From contig NW_005201277.1 in NCBI RefSeq assembly GCF_000372725.1, forward strand, positions 72,347-136,346: a stretch of DNA of 64,000 nucleotides, written 5' to 3'. Position 1 is the stretch's first letter. Each line of letters begins with the position of its first letter. The DNA is from Emiliania huxleyi CCMP1516. Its lineage: Eukaryota. This document shows positions 12,310 to 24,784 of the stretch, piece by piece. Position numbers and translations under genes: made by a program. Below the pieces are notes generated by a model. The model did not search any database. It was not told the DNA's origin and worked only from the letters and a program-made list of their open reading frames with translations.

Positions 12310-14060
12310 GTGCTATGCCGAGGCGGTGTGTCTTGTGAGCCTGTTTGTGTCTGTGTGTCGCTCGAGCGTGCCGTCCTCTTCTGTCCCGCGTCCCCACCCA
12401 GACCGCGCATGTGTCCAGTCCGAGCCTGGCTGTTCTTCACCTTCCTACCTACCTACCTAGGCGGTGGGCTGGGTAGACGCGGCGCAGCCGCCGCAGCTCG
12501 CGTGACCACCAGAGCCTGTTCACAGCTGCAGGTATGTATGTATTGTTCACAGCTGTATTGTTCACAGCTCGCGTGACCACCAGAGCCTGTTCACAGCTGC
12601 AGGTATGTATGTATTGTTCACAGCTGTATTGTTCACAGCTCGCGTGACCACCGGAGCCTGACTCGCAGAGGAGGCGAGGTGAGCCGAGGTGAGCCGAGGT
12701 GAGCCGAGGTGAGCCGAGGTGAGCCGAGGTGAGCCGAGATGAGCCGAGGAGTGAGCCGAAATGTGAGCCGAGATAGACGACTCGCTCCCCTGCGACTCCT
12801 CTCTCGGCTACTCTCTCGGCTCTCTCGGCTCTCTCGGCTCTCTCTCGGCTACTCTCGGCGACTCTCGGCGACTCTCGGCGACGTTCCGCCAACCTCGGCT
12901 GATCTCGGCTACTCTTCTCGCCCACTCTCTCACTAACGCCCGCCTGTCTCGCAAGGAGGAGTCGACCCAGACATGGAACCCGCGGCGGAAGGCCTGTTCA
13001 CAGCTGCAGGTGTGAAGAGACGCCGCCCACAGGCCGACGGCATGAAGAGACCAGGCGCCGCGACGCACCTGTTCACAGCCGGAGGTGTGAAGAGACACCG
13101 CCCACAAGCCGACGGCGTGCAGCCGTTGGCGTGGGAGAAACGCCTCCTCTGTGGCCACCTCTGCGATGCAGCCCGCCTGGAAAAAGAAATTCGCGCCGCG
13201 TGCGACCACGGGCACGCAACACAAGACTGGGACGCGTCTGCGAGGCAGCCCGCCTATATGCAGGTACAAAGAAGCCGCGCGTGCCTCCGCGTAGTTCTTT
13301 CCTGCCGCGCCTCCTGCGACCCAGGCGCGCCTCGAGCTGCGTGAGCAGTCCGGCCGTCTGCGCGTTGAGCCGCTCGTAGGTGCGCCTACAGGAAGGTTCC
13401 AGGAAAGGTCCAGGACAGGTCCAGGAAGAGGTCGCAGAGGAGCGGCTTGTAGGCGCGCGTCTCTGGCAGCGCGGCGCGGATGCGGTCCACGTCGATGCGC
13501 ACGAAGGACGAGAGGGGAAGCAGGCCTGGGGGGAGGGGACAGGAGTGGGCAGAGCGGAGAGAAGAGAGAGCAAAGAGCGGAGAGAGGAGAGCGGAGAGCA
13601 GACGGTAGAGAGCAGCGTCACCGTTCTCATCGAGCAGCTCCATCACGTGTGTCTTGCCGGCGCCCATACAGCCTGCCGTGAAAATGGCCCACGGCTGCGC
13701 GGGCGCGCCGACCGCGCCACGCCTCTGCTGCTGCCACCGCGACAGCACCTGCCGCAACCCCTGCAGCACGCCGCGGCCAGCCGGCGTGGCATGCTCAGCA
13801 CCGCCAACAGCGCCGTCGCGGAGCATTCGCCGGATGATGGCGTCCTGCTGCTCCTGGCGACGCAGCGAGTAGTGAACGTGCCACGAGTAGTCGAGCCGCG
13901 CACGTGACGCGGCGAATTCATGACGCAACGGTGCGGCCGGGTTGCGATGATTCTCAGACGTCGACCGGCGCCAGTCGTACCCGTCGTGGTCGTCGATGGC
14001 GCCGTGCCTCGTGCTGGCGATGCGGGAGGCGAGGGCGAGCGTCGGGAGGAGCAGGCTCAT
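11668..14060 (-). CDS. Zeta-toxin-like P-loop NTPase/kinase family protein (multi-exon)
   Basis: Walker [56 protein letters not shown]. Introns include 12994-13143 and 12081-12456. Confidence 0.75.
12329..12458 (+). mobile_element. Non-LTR retroposon 3' end, (CCTA)n-tail family, copy B (antisense in the zeta-toxin-like gene)
   Basis: Family sequence and tail. TSD AGGCGGTG at 12321-12328 and 12459-12466. Confidence 0.85.
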
Positions 14061-14099
14061 GTATGTGCCCTGTGCATCAACAGGGTTCACCCGAGAGCT

Positions 14100-14381
14100 G
14101 GGTTCCGGCTCCTACCGGATGGGGGTCTGTTCACAGCCTTGTTATTGAGAAGAAAATACCTCCTATGGCGCTGTGCGCTGGCCTGTGAGCTGACTCGCGC
14201 CAAAACGCCTACCTACCTACCTATCCCCAGGCCGCGCAGCGAAGCGAAAAAAGATGAAAATAGCGGGTACCTACCTATTGCAGGGCCCTTTTGGGCCAAA
14301 CAAGACCAACCTACCTACCTATCTGGGAGGGAGGGGCCAGCCAGTGCCACAGACCCCCTATCCGGGTAGGAGCCGGAACCC
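14100..14381. mobile_element. MITE, 282 bp, about 31-bp TIRs GGGTTCCGGCTCCTACC...GGGGGTCTGT
   Basis: 14100-14130 is the near-perfect reverse complement of 14349-14381. Internal CCTACCTACC motifs. It lies 40 bp upstream of the ATG at 14060. Confidence 0.85.
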
Positions 14382-15033
14382 AGCGTCGCCATACTCGACA
14401 CCCGATGCGTATAACCGATGCGCATAAAAGAATTTTAGAAAGTTTCTCGCAGCTAGCCGGGGGTGCAACACGCGCCGCTGGCGGTAGGGGGCAAGGCGGG
14501 CGAGCACTCGCCGTCGGCTGCTCGGTGCGCGACACGGTGCCAGAGGCGCCTCGAGAACAGTCACAGAGTGGTCGGAAGCCCGCCGCTCCCAGTCCCCCAA
14601 AAGAAGTCAGGTGCGCTGCAACCTCGCGCCGCCGCCGCCCGCCTGGCTAGGAGGGGAAGTCGACGCCGTTGCTCGGATCCACGGTGCACTCGACCGTGTG
14701 CTGATGGAACGGTGCGGGGTCAGGAGCCGCTGCAGGTCGCGAGCATCGACGCGCCGACCGACGACAACCTCTTTGGACTTTGCAGAGCCCGTGCTAACGG
14801 AGCCGCTGCCTCTCTCTCGCTCAACGGAGGAGACGCGCCGCTGCAGGTGTCGTCCGTCGTGCCGCTGCCGCCCGGCGACAACTGCCGGTGGCCCGATGCC
14901 ACCGTAGTGTACACAGGCGACCTCACGCACGCGACGGACGGTGACTCGTCGGTTTTTTTTGGTTCGTTCTTGTGGTTGATGAGAAGTATGAAAACGGGGT
15001 CCCTACCCACGCAAAAGAGCCGGAACCCAAACG

Positions 15034-18000
15034 ATGGTGGGTGCCGGTTCCCAAAGCTGCTTTGACGCGGTCGTGCTAGCGGCTGAGCGAGGCGAGGAGG
15101 AGGCGGTGCTGGCGTGGCTCGAGGGCGGCGGGTGGGCCGACGCGACGTGCGAGAGTGGCGGCGTGAGCGGCGTCACGCTGCTGATGGGCGCCGCCCGCTA
15201 CGGCCAAGAGCGGGTGGTCGAGTTGCTGCTGCAGCGCGGCGCGGAGATCAACCTGCAGGACAGTAACGGCTGGGCCGCGCTGATGTACGCCGCCTTCAAC
15301 GGCCAGGAGCGGGTGATCGAGCTGCTGCTCCGGCGCAGGGCGAAGGTCAACCTGCAGGACAGCAACGGCGCCACCGCGCTGTTGCACGCCGCCTACAACG
15401 GCTGCGAGCAGGTGATCGAGTTGCTGATTCGGCACGGCGCGGAGGTCGACCTGCAGATCAACGGCGTCACCGCGCTGATGGGCGCCGCCTTCCTCAACCA
15501 CCCCGCCGTCGTGCAGCGCTTGCTGCGGGCGGGCGCAGACGCGGCGCGCACTGCTAACGGCAAGACGGCGCTGCAGCTGGCCAAGGAAAAGGGCCACGCC
15601 GAGTGCGTCAAGGTATTGTCGGAGGCGGCGGCGGCTGCAGACGGCCGGGCAGGGGCGGGCGGCGCTTCCTCGGGCGCGGCAGCTGCAGCGGCAGCGGTGG
15701 ACGCGCCGCTGCTCAGACAGCGAGTCGTGCTCGGCGGGCTCTCTTCCCGCCCCGAGCTGAACGGGCAGTGGGGCGTGGCGGGGAGCTTCGAGGGCGGCCG
15801 GTACGCGGTGGCGCTCGAGGGCGGCGGCGAGAGCGTGCGGGTGCGGCCGGGTAATCTGTCGCTGGCGGCGGCGGAGCCGAGCGGTGGCGTGGCAGTCTAC
15901 GACGAGGTCGTGGCAGCGGCTGGGCGAGGCGACGAGGAGGCGGTGCTGGCGTGGCTTAACAGTGGCGGACGGGCCAACGCGACGTACGAGCAAGGCGGCG
16001 TGAGCGGCCTCTCGCTGCTGATGGGTGCCGCTGCCCACGGCCACGAGCGGGTGGTCGAGTTGCTGATACGGCGCGGCGCTGAGGTCAACAAGCAGAGCAG
16101 CAATGGCGTCACCGCGCTGATGAGCGCCGCCGTCCGAGGCCAGGAGCGGGTGGTCGAGTTGCTGCTTCGGCACCGCGCGGAGATCAACCTGCGGAACAGT
16201 GGCGGCTTCACCGCGCTTATTGACGCCGCCTTCAAAGGCCACGAGCGGGTGGTCGACTTGCTGATACGGCACGGCGCTGAGATCAACCTGCAGAACGGCG
16301 AAGGCGGCACCGCGCTGATTCTCGCCGCCGACCAAGGCCACGAGCGGATGGTCGACTTGCTGATTCGGCGCGGCGCTGAGCTCAATTTGCAGAGCAGCGA
16401 CGGCGGCACCGCGCTGATGAACGCCGCTTGCTTCAACCACCCCGCCGTTGTGCGGCGCTTGCTGCGGGCGGGCGCAGACACCGCGGCGCGCACTGCGAGC
16501 GGCAAAACGGCGCTGCAGTGGGCCAAGGAGCAGGGCCACGCCGAGTGCGTCGAGGCTTTCAAGAAGCACGTCCAGGATATGCTGGCGGGACGGCCCACGG
16601 CGACAGCAGCCGGCGGCGAAGGCGCGGGCGGCGCTTCCTCCGGCGGCGCTTCCTCGGCTGGATCGAGAGTCGCGAAGACGCCATCTCCAGCGGTGGCGGC
16701 GGGGCGGGCGCCGAGCGGTGTCGTGGCAGTCCCCGATGCGGTCGTGGCAGCGGCTGAGCGAGGCGAGGAGGAGGCGGTGCTGGCGTGGCTTGACAGTGGC
16801 GGGCGGGCCGACGCGACGTACGAGAGAGGCGGCGTGAGCGGCCTCACGCTGCTGATGGGCGCCACCGTGTATGGCCACGAGCGGCTGGTCGAGCTGCTGC
16901 TGCAGCGCGGCGCTGAGGTCGACCGGCACGACAGCAACGGCGACACCGCGCTGATGAATGCCGCCAGCCAAGGCCACGAGCGGGTGGTCGAGCTGCTGCT
17001 GCGGCGCGGCGCGGAGGTCGACCTGCTGAACAGCGCCGGCTACACCGCGCTGATGGGCGCCGCCGGCGAAGGCCACGAGCGGGTGGTCGATTTGCTGTTT
17101 CGGCACGGCGCGGAGATCAACTTGCAGAACGGCGAAGGCGGCACCGCGCTGATGGCCGCCGCCGGCCCGGGCCACGAGCGGGTGGTCGACTTGCTGACAC
17201 GGCACGGCGCGGAGGTCAACCTGCAGGACAGCGACGGCGTCACCGCGCTGATGGTCGCCGCCGGCTACGGCCACGAGCGGGTGGTCGAGCTGCTGTTGCA
17301 GCACGGTGCTGATGTCAACTTGCAGAACAGCAACGGTGGCACCGCGCTGATGATCGCCGCCATATTCAACCACCTCACCGTCGTGCGGCGCTTGCTGCGG
17401 GCGGGCGCAGATGATGCGGCGCGCAGTGCGAGCGGCGAGACGGCGCTGCAGTGGGCCAAGGAGAAGGGCCACGCCGAGTGCGTGCGCACCCTCGAGGAGC
17501 ACACGTCGAGCACAGCAGAGGCTGAGGGGGAGACGGCGGTCGCAGAATCAGCCGAACAGGTCGCGGCGGCCGCACGCGAGGCGGGAGCGGCAGCGGTGGC
17601 GGCGGAGGCGCGCGATGCTGCCGAGGCTGCGCTGCGCGAGGCGGTTGAGGCGTGCGAGCGAGGCGACGCCGATCTCGAGGCGCTCAGGGCGGCGATCAAC
17701 GCAAACACCGAAGCCGCCGACGGCTCGGAGGCGCTGCGGGCGGCGCGGCGGCTGCGCGACGAGCTGGCGGAGCGAAAGGTCCGCGAGGCCAGGGCGCTGA
17801 AGCGGCAGCGGCAGAAGGAGGAGAAGGCGGCGGCGAGGCAGGCGGAGGCGGCGGCGCGGGCGGCGGAGGAGGAGGCGCGGGCGGCGGACGAGGCGCGGGC
17901 GGCTGAGGCAGCTGCGGCGGCGCGGGCGGCGCGGGCATCGGAGGAGGCGGATGAGGCGGCGCGGGCGGCGGAGGAGGCGGAGGCGGCGTCGCGGGCAAGG

Positions 18001-19305
18001 GAGGAGGCGGAGGCGAGGGCAAGGGAGGAGGCAGAGGCGAGGGCAAGGGAGGAGGCAGAGGCGAGGGCGAGGGAGGAGGCGGCAAGGGAGAGGGAGGAGG
18101 CGAGGATGAGGGCGGAGGCGGCGGAGGCAGCGGCGGAGGCGGCGGCTGTAGAGGCGGCAGTGGCGGCCGTGGCGGCGGCGGAGGCTCAAGAGGCGGCGGC
18201 AGCGGAGGCGGCGGCAGCGGCAGCGGCAGCGGCAGCTGCGGCAGCGTCGGCGGCGGCGACTGTCGCCGCCCTCGCCACCGCCGCCGCGCCGCCCGCTGCC
18301 GTCCCTCTCGACGAGCTCATCGCGGCGACCGACGGCTTTGCCGAGGCGCGCAAGGTGGGCGAGGGAGGCTTCGGGCGCGTCTACCGCGCCGACGCGCTGC
18401 CGTCTCTCCCGCGCGTCGCTTGCGGGTTCGCCGTCAAGACGGCGTTGGTCGGTGTCGGCGCCCAAGGCCTCACCGAGCTGCAGAGCGAGGTGCGCACGCT
18501 CAGCACGGCGTGCCACCCGTCCCTGCTCCCTCTTCTCGGCGCTTGCCTGGCGCCGGCGAGAGCGTGCCTCGTCTACCCCCTCTGCCGCGGCGGCAGCCTC
18601 GAGGACCGCCTCTACCGCGCTCCAGCCGCGCTGGAGCGGCTCCGCATGCTCGGCTTCGAGACGCCGCCTCCGCCGCTCTCCTCTGCCGCACGGCTCCGCG
18701 TGCTGCGCGACGCCGCAAGCGCGCTGCACTACCTGCACACGCGCTCTCCGATGATCCTGCACCGCGACGTCTCGGCGGGCAACATCCTGCTCGACGAGCG
18801 CGGCAACGGCTACCTCGCCGACGTGGGCCTCGCGCGCGCGGCAGAGGCGACGGCCGGCGGCAGCCAGCAGGTGTCGCACCTGTCGACGCAGCGCCTCTTC
18901 GGTAAGCTTGGGTACATGGACCCGATCATTTCGCAGAGCGGGCAGGCGTCAGCGCTGACCGACGGCTATGCGCTCGGCATCACGCTGCTCGTCGCCTTGA
19001 CGGGCCGCGGCGCCGTCGGCCTCCTCGACGAGTGCGACGATGCGCTTGAGGAGCCCGACACGGCGGAGGGATCGATCGCGGCGGCCGACGCGGGCTGGTC
19101 GGCGGCGCAAGCCGAGGAGTTGGCGCGGCTGGTGGTCGGGCTGGCTCTTGTGAGGAAGAAGAGGCGGATGCCGCTCGCAGAGGCGCTGCCGCGGCTGGAG
19201 GCGCTAGTCGAGGCGGCGGGGGAGGTGGAGGAGAAGGTTGGGGCCGAGGAGCGCCAGTGTGACCTCTGCTACGACGCGCCGCGCTCGGTCCGTTTCGCGT
19301 GCGGC
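15034..19305 (+). CDS. Multi-ankyrin (3 modules) / SH3-like insert / coiled-coil / RLK-Pelle(IRAK)-like kinase / RING protein, 3' end lost in the gap
   Basis: Three ankyrin arrays. Kinase motifs ELIAATDGFAEARKVGEGGFGRVY, FAVK, LVYP..GGSLEDRL, HRDVSAGNILLD, DVGLAR, GKLGYMDP. RING start CDLC...FACG. The start codon is uncertain. Confidence 0.9.
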
Positions 19306-19829
19306 NNNNNNNNNNNNNNNNNNNNNNNNNNNNNNNNNNNNNNNNNNNNNNNNNNNNNNNNNNNNNNNNNNNNNNNNNNNNNNNNNNNNNNNNNNNNNNN
19401 NNNNNNNNNNNNNNNNNNNNNNNNNNNNNNNNNNNNNNNNNNNNNNNNNNNNNNNNNNNNNNNNNNNNNNNNNNNNNNNNNNNNNNNNNNNNNNNNNNNN
19501 NNNNNNNNNNNNNNNNNNNNNNNNNNNNNNNNNNNNNNNNNNNNNNNNNNNNNNNNNNNNNNNNNNNNNNNNNNNNNNNNNNNNNNNNNNNNNNNNNNNN
19601 NNNNNNNNNNNNNNNNNNNNNNNNNNNNNNNNNNNNNNNNNNNNNNNNNNNNNNNNNNNNNNNNNNNNNNNNNNNNNNNNNNNNNNNNNNNNNNNNNNNN
19701 NNNNNNNNNNNNNNNNNNNNNNNNNNNNNNNNNNNNNNNNNNNNNNNNNNNNNNNNNNNNNNNNNNNNNNNNNNNNNNNNNNNNNNNNNNNNNNNNNNNN
19801 NNNNNNNNNNNNNNNNNNNNNNNNNNNNN
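19306..19829. other. Assembly gap (N run)
   Basis: Run of n. Confidence 1.
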
Positions 19830-20517
19830 TGCGCCACGGGTTCGAGGGCGGCGCCTCGCCCCCTCCCTCCGCCCCCCCCGCGCCGCCCGCCGCGCGCTCG
19901 CCCGCTTGCTCGCTCGCTCCTCTCGCTTGTTCTGCCGACTCGTCTGTGCCGATTCCGGGGCATCGACTTGCGGGGGGCAGAGGCGATGGGTGGCAGCGAG
20001 GGCGGCGGTGCGGGCAGGAGGCCAGCCCCGGTGTCTGCGGCGGGCGCGTGCGCTCGTGCCGGCACGTGCGCGGTACGGTGTACCATGGGGGAAGGGAGGG
20101 AGGGGGGGGGGTGGGGGAGGTCTGACTCTCATGCGGCGGTGGCGGTTTGTATCTCTGGTGGTGGTGCGTCTGTCCAGTCTCTCGCTCTCTCGCTCCTCTC
20201 TGCATGTCTATTGGCCTTCTCGCGCTGTCCTATTCACCTCGACCCCTTCTGCCTTTTACGACCAGCGCGGAGCCGGAGGACAGGACGAGTGACAGCTCGT
20301 AGCTGCTAGAGATACGGCACGCCGTAACGCACCGACGTCTGGACGATGGACCGGTGAGCGGTGTGGAGGCTGTGTGGAGCGTCTCGAGGTCGAGCGAGGT
20401 GTGGCGCGCGACTAAACTTTCTTTTAAACTACACGGTACAGGATCGAGGTGCACGCTGGACGCTGCCAGAGCAGTGTCGTCCCCCCTCTCCCCGACGGCG
20501 ATGGCGGTGTGACACTT

Positions 20518-20993
20518 GGCCTAAGCACAATATTCTCGAATATCTCCGAGAATATAGATGGTCCCGCGCACTTTCGTATTCGAGAATATTCTCGAGAATA
20601 TAGATGCCCCGGCGCGGCTTTTTCTCAAGAATCTATGAGTTTTCTTCAGCCCTTGACCTTGGTTGACCTCGAGTCTCAAGATATTCTTGAATATTCTCGC
20701 CGTTACATCGCGGCGTCTAGAACGGTCTTGACTAGAGCTTCTCGAAACAGCTCTTTTGCCCCCTCAAAAGTAGGTTTTGGGTCGATGCAGACGGAAATCT
20801 TTAAGTTTTGGACGTTCCTGAGCGGTTTGGGAGCACAAACCTCTACTTTAGAGCGATTTTTGGCGTCCGCTGACCTCTCGCGTGGTGAAAATATTCTCAA
20901 TATTCGAGAATATTCTCGAGAATATAGATGGTCTGGCGAGAATATAAGCAAAAGAATATAGATAGTACTTGGCGAGAAAAACGTGCTTAGGCT
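20518..20993. mobile_element. MITE-like TIR element, about 476 bp, with internal palindromic TATTCTCGAGAATA arrays
   Basis: The left end GGCCTAAGCAC..TTCTCG matches the reverse complement of the right end CGAGAA..GTGCTTAGGCT. AT-rich interior with repeated GAGAATATTCTCG. Confidence 0.8.
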
Positions 20994-21891
20994 AAGGTAC
21001 CGATCGAGCTACAAGAGGAGCTTGTTCAGCAGGATGACGAGGTTTGCCACGAAAAAACCCCTGGACTGGAAAGGGGGCTAACTGGGCGGCCAAATTCACA
21101 CCTCGCGGGACTACTTATGTTTTCGTAAACGTAGTCGTGGGTAACCCCCGCTACGTCGCACGAGTGCAACCGGGTAGGGGGGAGCTAAAATCTCTCTCTC
21201 TCTCAGATCTCCCCTCGATCGTGCTACGGAATACTTTTGTTGGATAGGGGTGGGATTCTCCTTCGCCCTTCGGGCTCGGGCTGTGGCGTTTACCTGACAT
21301 CCACACAAGGAATATTCACCGCACAACTGTGAACGGTGACTCGAAGATCTTTCCGCGAAAATTCTTTCGCTCTCTGCGTGAACGCTCTACGCGGAGAGAG
21401 CGAGTCGTAAGCACAAAGGCAAGCCAGCACTTTCCTCGTCCGCTCGCGCTTGCCGCGCCGCATTGCGCCCGACTATGCAGCCGCGAGCTGCACACCTAGA
21501 CTCCCGCGACGCCTATTGCTCACGGAACCCGCCGCCCCCTCACCACCCCGACCATGCGATGCGCCCTCGCTCGCGGCGCGAGCGGCTGTACCCCCCTCGG
21601 CCTCGCACCGCCTGCCTACTCCCGCTCGCAGGTACAGCCGCTGCCATGGAGGAGGCCGCGAGACGCGTCCGCTGCTGCCCATTCCACACCCTTGTCCCGC
21701 GCGAACCCGTCCGACCGCCCTCCCTCTCTTACGCGGGTACTCGCACCGCCTCGCATCTCTGCTACATCTAGAGAGTGCCAAGACTCTGTGTCCGCAGCCG
21801 CGAGGGCCACTCGAGCGCTGGCCTGCACCTACCATCGGGGACACCACCTTCAACCGCTTCTTGACTCTCTGCAGGAATTCATTCGATCAAC

Positions 21892-24784
21892 ATGCTCAAA
21901 GTCGAGCTCGTGCCGGCCGCCGGTGGCAAGCTCGTGCTCAAGCTCTCTCCTCCGCCGCCGCTTGCTGACAAGCAGGTGTGCGTTAATTTGCAGTGGCTGA
22001 GGGAGGGGGTATGCACACGCGCACCGCTGCAACGCACGCAACGCTGCGCCTTCCCTGCAAGACGACCCTCTCGCGTTCTGTGGCTGACAGGCGTCTCTGG
22101 CGGACAACACGGCCGTCGTCGTCTCTGACGGAGGTAACGCCGTCGGCATCCCCTCCGAGCCCGTCTCGCTCAAGGATGGCATCGACACCGGCACCGGCGG
22201 CACCTGCACCGCCAACACCGGCACTGGCAACGTCCCGTCCGAGGGCGAGCCCGCCGGCTCGCTCGCCGGCGTCCACTTTGCGGGCGTTTCGCTCGACGCC
22301 GTGCCCGAGGCGTTCACCGTCGACGATCCGGCCGGCGCCAAGGCCGTCGGCATCCCGCCCGAGAGCGAGCCCAGCCCGCTCAAGGACGGCATTGACGCGA
22401 GCGGTGGCAACGTCGCGGGCGAGTCTTCGCCGATGAAGTCCTTCGCGAAGGTCGGAGTCATCTCCGAGTCGGTGTCGCCTTCGCTCCTCGGAGCGAAGGT
22501 GCGCGTGCGCTCGCCAGGATCGTTATCATCCCTCTCCCGTCTCTGAAAGCCTGTGCGTACTTTCCCTCGCCCACAGGCGTGCGGCGTCAAGAACGTCAAG
22601 GACATCCCCGTGGCAAAGTCTGGCACGGAGGACGTCCTCAAGAAGGACCCGGCCGCGGAAAAGGCGCCCGACGCGGGCGCGGTCGACTCGGACAAGGCCA
22701 AGGCCATGTTCGCCACCCACCCGCCCGCCGTTTTCTGGTCCAAGTTTACGCGCCCGACCGGCCCACCGACGGCCCCCACCGGCGCCGTCAAGGGCGCCCT
22801 CAAGAAGGACATCCCTGCGGCAACGTCTGGCGCGGAGGCCTGCGTTGACGAGACCGGCGCCATCAAGAACCCGGCGCTCAAGCCGGCCACCGAGGTCGCC
22901 ACGGCCCTCAAGCCGGCGGAGGCCGGCGGCGCGCCGCTGCCGTCGATCAAGGAATTTCCGGAGGAGAAGAAGCCCGCCGCCACGGCGGCGAGCGCCTGGT
23001 GCGCGCCGGCTGCCGACCCACTCTGTGACCCCATCCCGCGTTCGACGCGTAGGGCGACGCCGACTGGAAGGAGTTTCCAGAGGAGACGGCCGCCCCGGCG
23101 GTGAGCACCTCCCAGCAGACGCACACGCGGGTATTGCGGGGACACGCGAGTCCTACAGGCGGGCACTTACATTGATCCTGTGACCTCTCGTCTGCCGCAC
23201 GGCACGCGCGCGCAGGTCATCGACGGGTGGAAGACCCCCTCCCCGCTCCGCAAGATCGAGCGCAAGGAGTCTCCGCTAGCGGAGAAGCTCGCCCCGGCGG
23301 TGAGCGCCTCGCACGCTGCGGTTGTACGCGCAGAGCCTCAACTATTGACGCACCCACCGCTTGCGCGTGCGCAGGGCATCCCCGACAGGGCCACGCGCCG
23401 CAAGAAGGGGCGCAAGGGCGCGTCCGCCCCGATCGTCCGCACCAAGAGCATCGCCCCAGTCGGCGGCAACAACAGGTTCGGGGCCCTGCTCAAAATGGAC
23501 GGCAACGAGGGCATCCTCGGTGGCACCGGCAAGGTGACCGGCGGCTCCACGCCGCCGACCGCAGACTCGGTGCGCGCCGCCTGCATTTATGCGGCCTCCT
23601 CCCTCGCTCGCCGCTCTCACACGGCCAGTCTCGCGCCCTCTTGTTCAGGGTGCGACGGTCGACGTCGAGACGACCACGAATACCACGCCCGAGGGCTCTG
23701 CCGCCGGCCGGTTCCCGTGGCCAAAGTCCTACAACTTGCTCCGCCTCTTTGGCATCCTCGCGCTGATCTGCCTCGGAGCCGCGTTTGCGCACTCCTCGTG
23801 CTCTGCCACCTCCGCGCTTCTCTCCTCGCAGCGGTACGACTCCCCGTGGCCGACATCGCCTCCCGCAACCGTCGCGAAGCCGTTCACGCCGGCATCGCCC
23901 AACGGATTCTGCGAGGTTGGCGGCAACGACACCAGCTCGTTTGCAGCCATCGTGTCGTCGGACAGCGCGCCCGCCAACCACCCGGTGCGCGCTCGCTCGC
24001 GCGTGCAGTATCCGCAAGCTCGCGACTAACAGCCCGCGCGCTGTTCAGGGCGGGCACGAGGACGGGCGCTCGTGGGAAGCACTGATGGAAGCGATCAAAG
24101 AGGCGGTGGGCGAGCCGTTGCACCTAATTGGCGAGCCGCCGGCGTCCGTCAAGGACCTTTACGAGAAGCAGCCGGTGAGCGCCCCTCTGGCTGTTTCTAT
24201 GTGCGAGCTTTGTACTCCGGTTCCGGATTGTGCCTGTTGTTGGCGTGTAGGCCGAGGCCGACTTGGAGACCGTCCCGGCCTCGCGCAACACCATGGAGCG
24301 CAAGGGCGAGCCCGAGATCGACTCTATCGGTCCCGTCTACAGCAGCAGATCGGGGATCATCGTTCGCGAAACCGTCCTGCCCGTGAACGGCACGTCGCCC
24401 GAGATGCGGTCCGCCGACGCTGGGATCACGCCCGAGAAGCTGGTTGAGACTGGCCTCGGCGCGCCCGTCTCTAGCATGCACGCCGGCGGCGAGTGGCGGG
24501 TGAACAGATTGGCGACCGCTTCTCCAGCCACAACCAAGGATCTCTTCCTCCAGCTTGGCCGGGCCATCGACCCTCTTCTCGCGGAGCCGGCATGGCCTGC
24601 AGAGGTCCGTGCCGCTCAGATCTCCGATTCGAACTCGGTCCAGTCCGATATCTCCTCCGTCTCACGTGTGTGCGCCGACCGGCAGCCACGCTGCGCCGCC
24701 CCCGTTGCGTGGCATGCGGAGCCTCACCACGCACTCACCGACGAGCTCTCCATCGACCTGCCCTCCCCGTTCCACTTTCCCTTC
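21892..24784 (+). CDS. Low-complexity multi-exon coding region, possibly the 5' part of the downstream TIR receptor gene or a separate gene
   Basis: Host-like codon usage, plausible splice sites (e.g. intron 22499-22576), an internal AVGIP.E..LKDGID repeat and one hydrophobic segment. The last exon is in frame with the 24263 ORF. Confidence 0.5.

Noticed and set aside
11668..14060. Bacterial epsilon/zeta toxin-antitoxin system
   Set aside because: An intron-rich eukaryotic gene with no antitoxin partner. Only the P-loop family resemblance is supported.
15076..18879. Long antisense ORFs opposite the ankyrin-kinase, NHL-BTB and receptor genes
   Set aside because: Shadow ORFs expected from very high GC3, with no domain motifs.
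19306..20309. ORFs running through the N gap, including the 1752-aa call
   Set aside because: Frame continuity across Ns is artificial, and the post-gap translation does not continue the RING.
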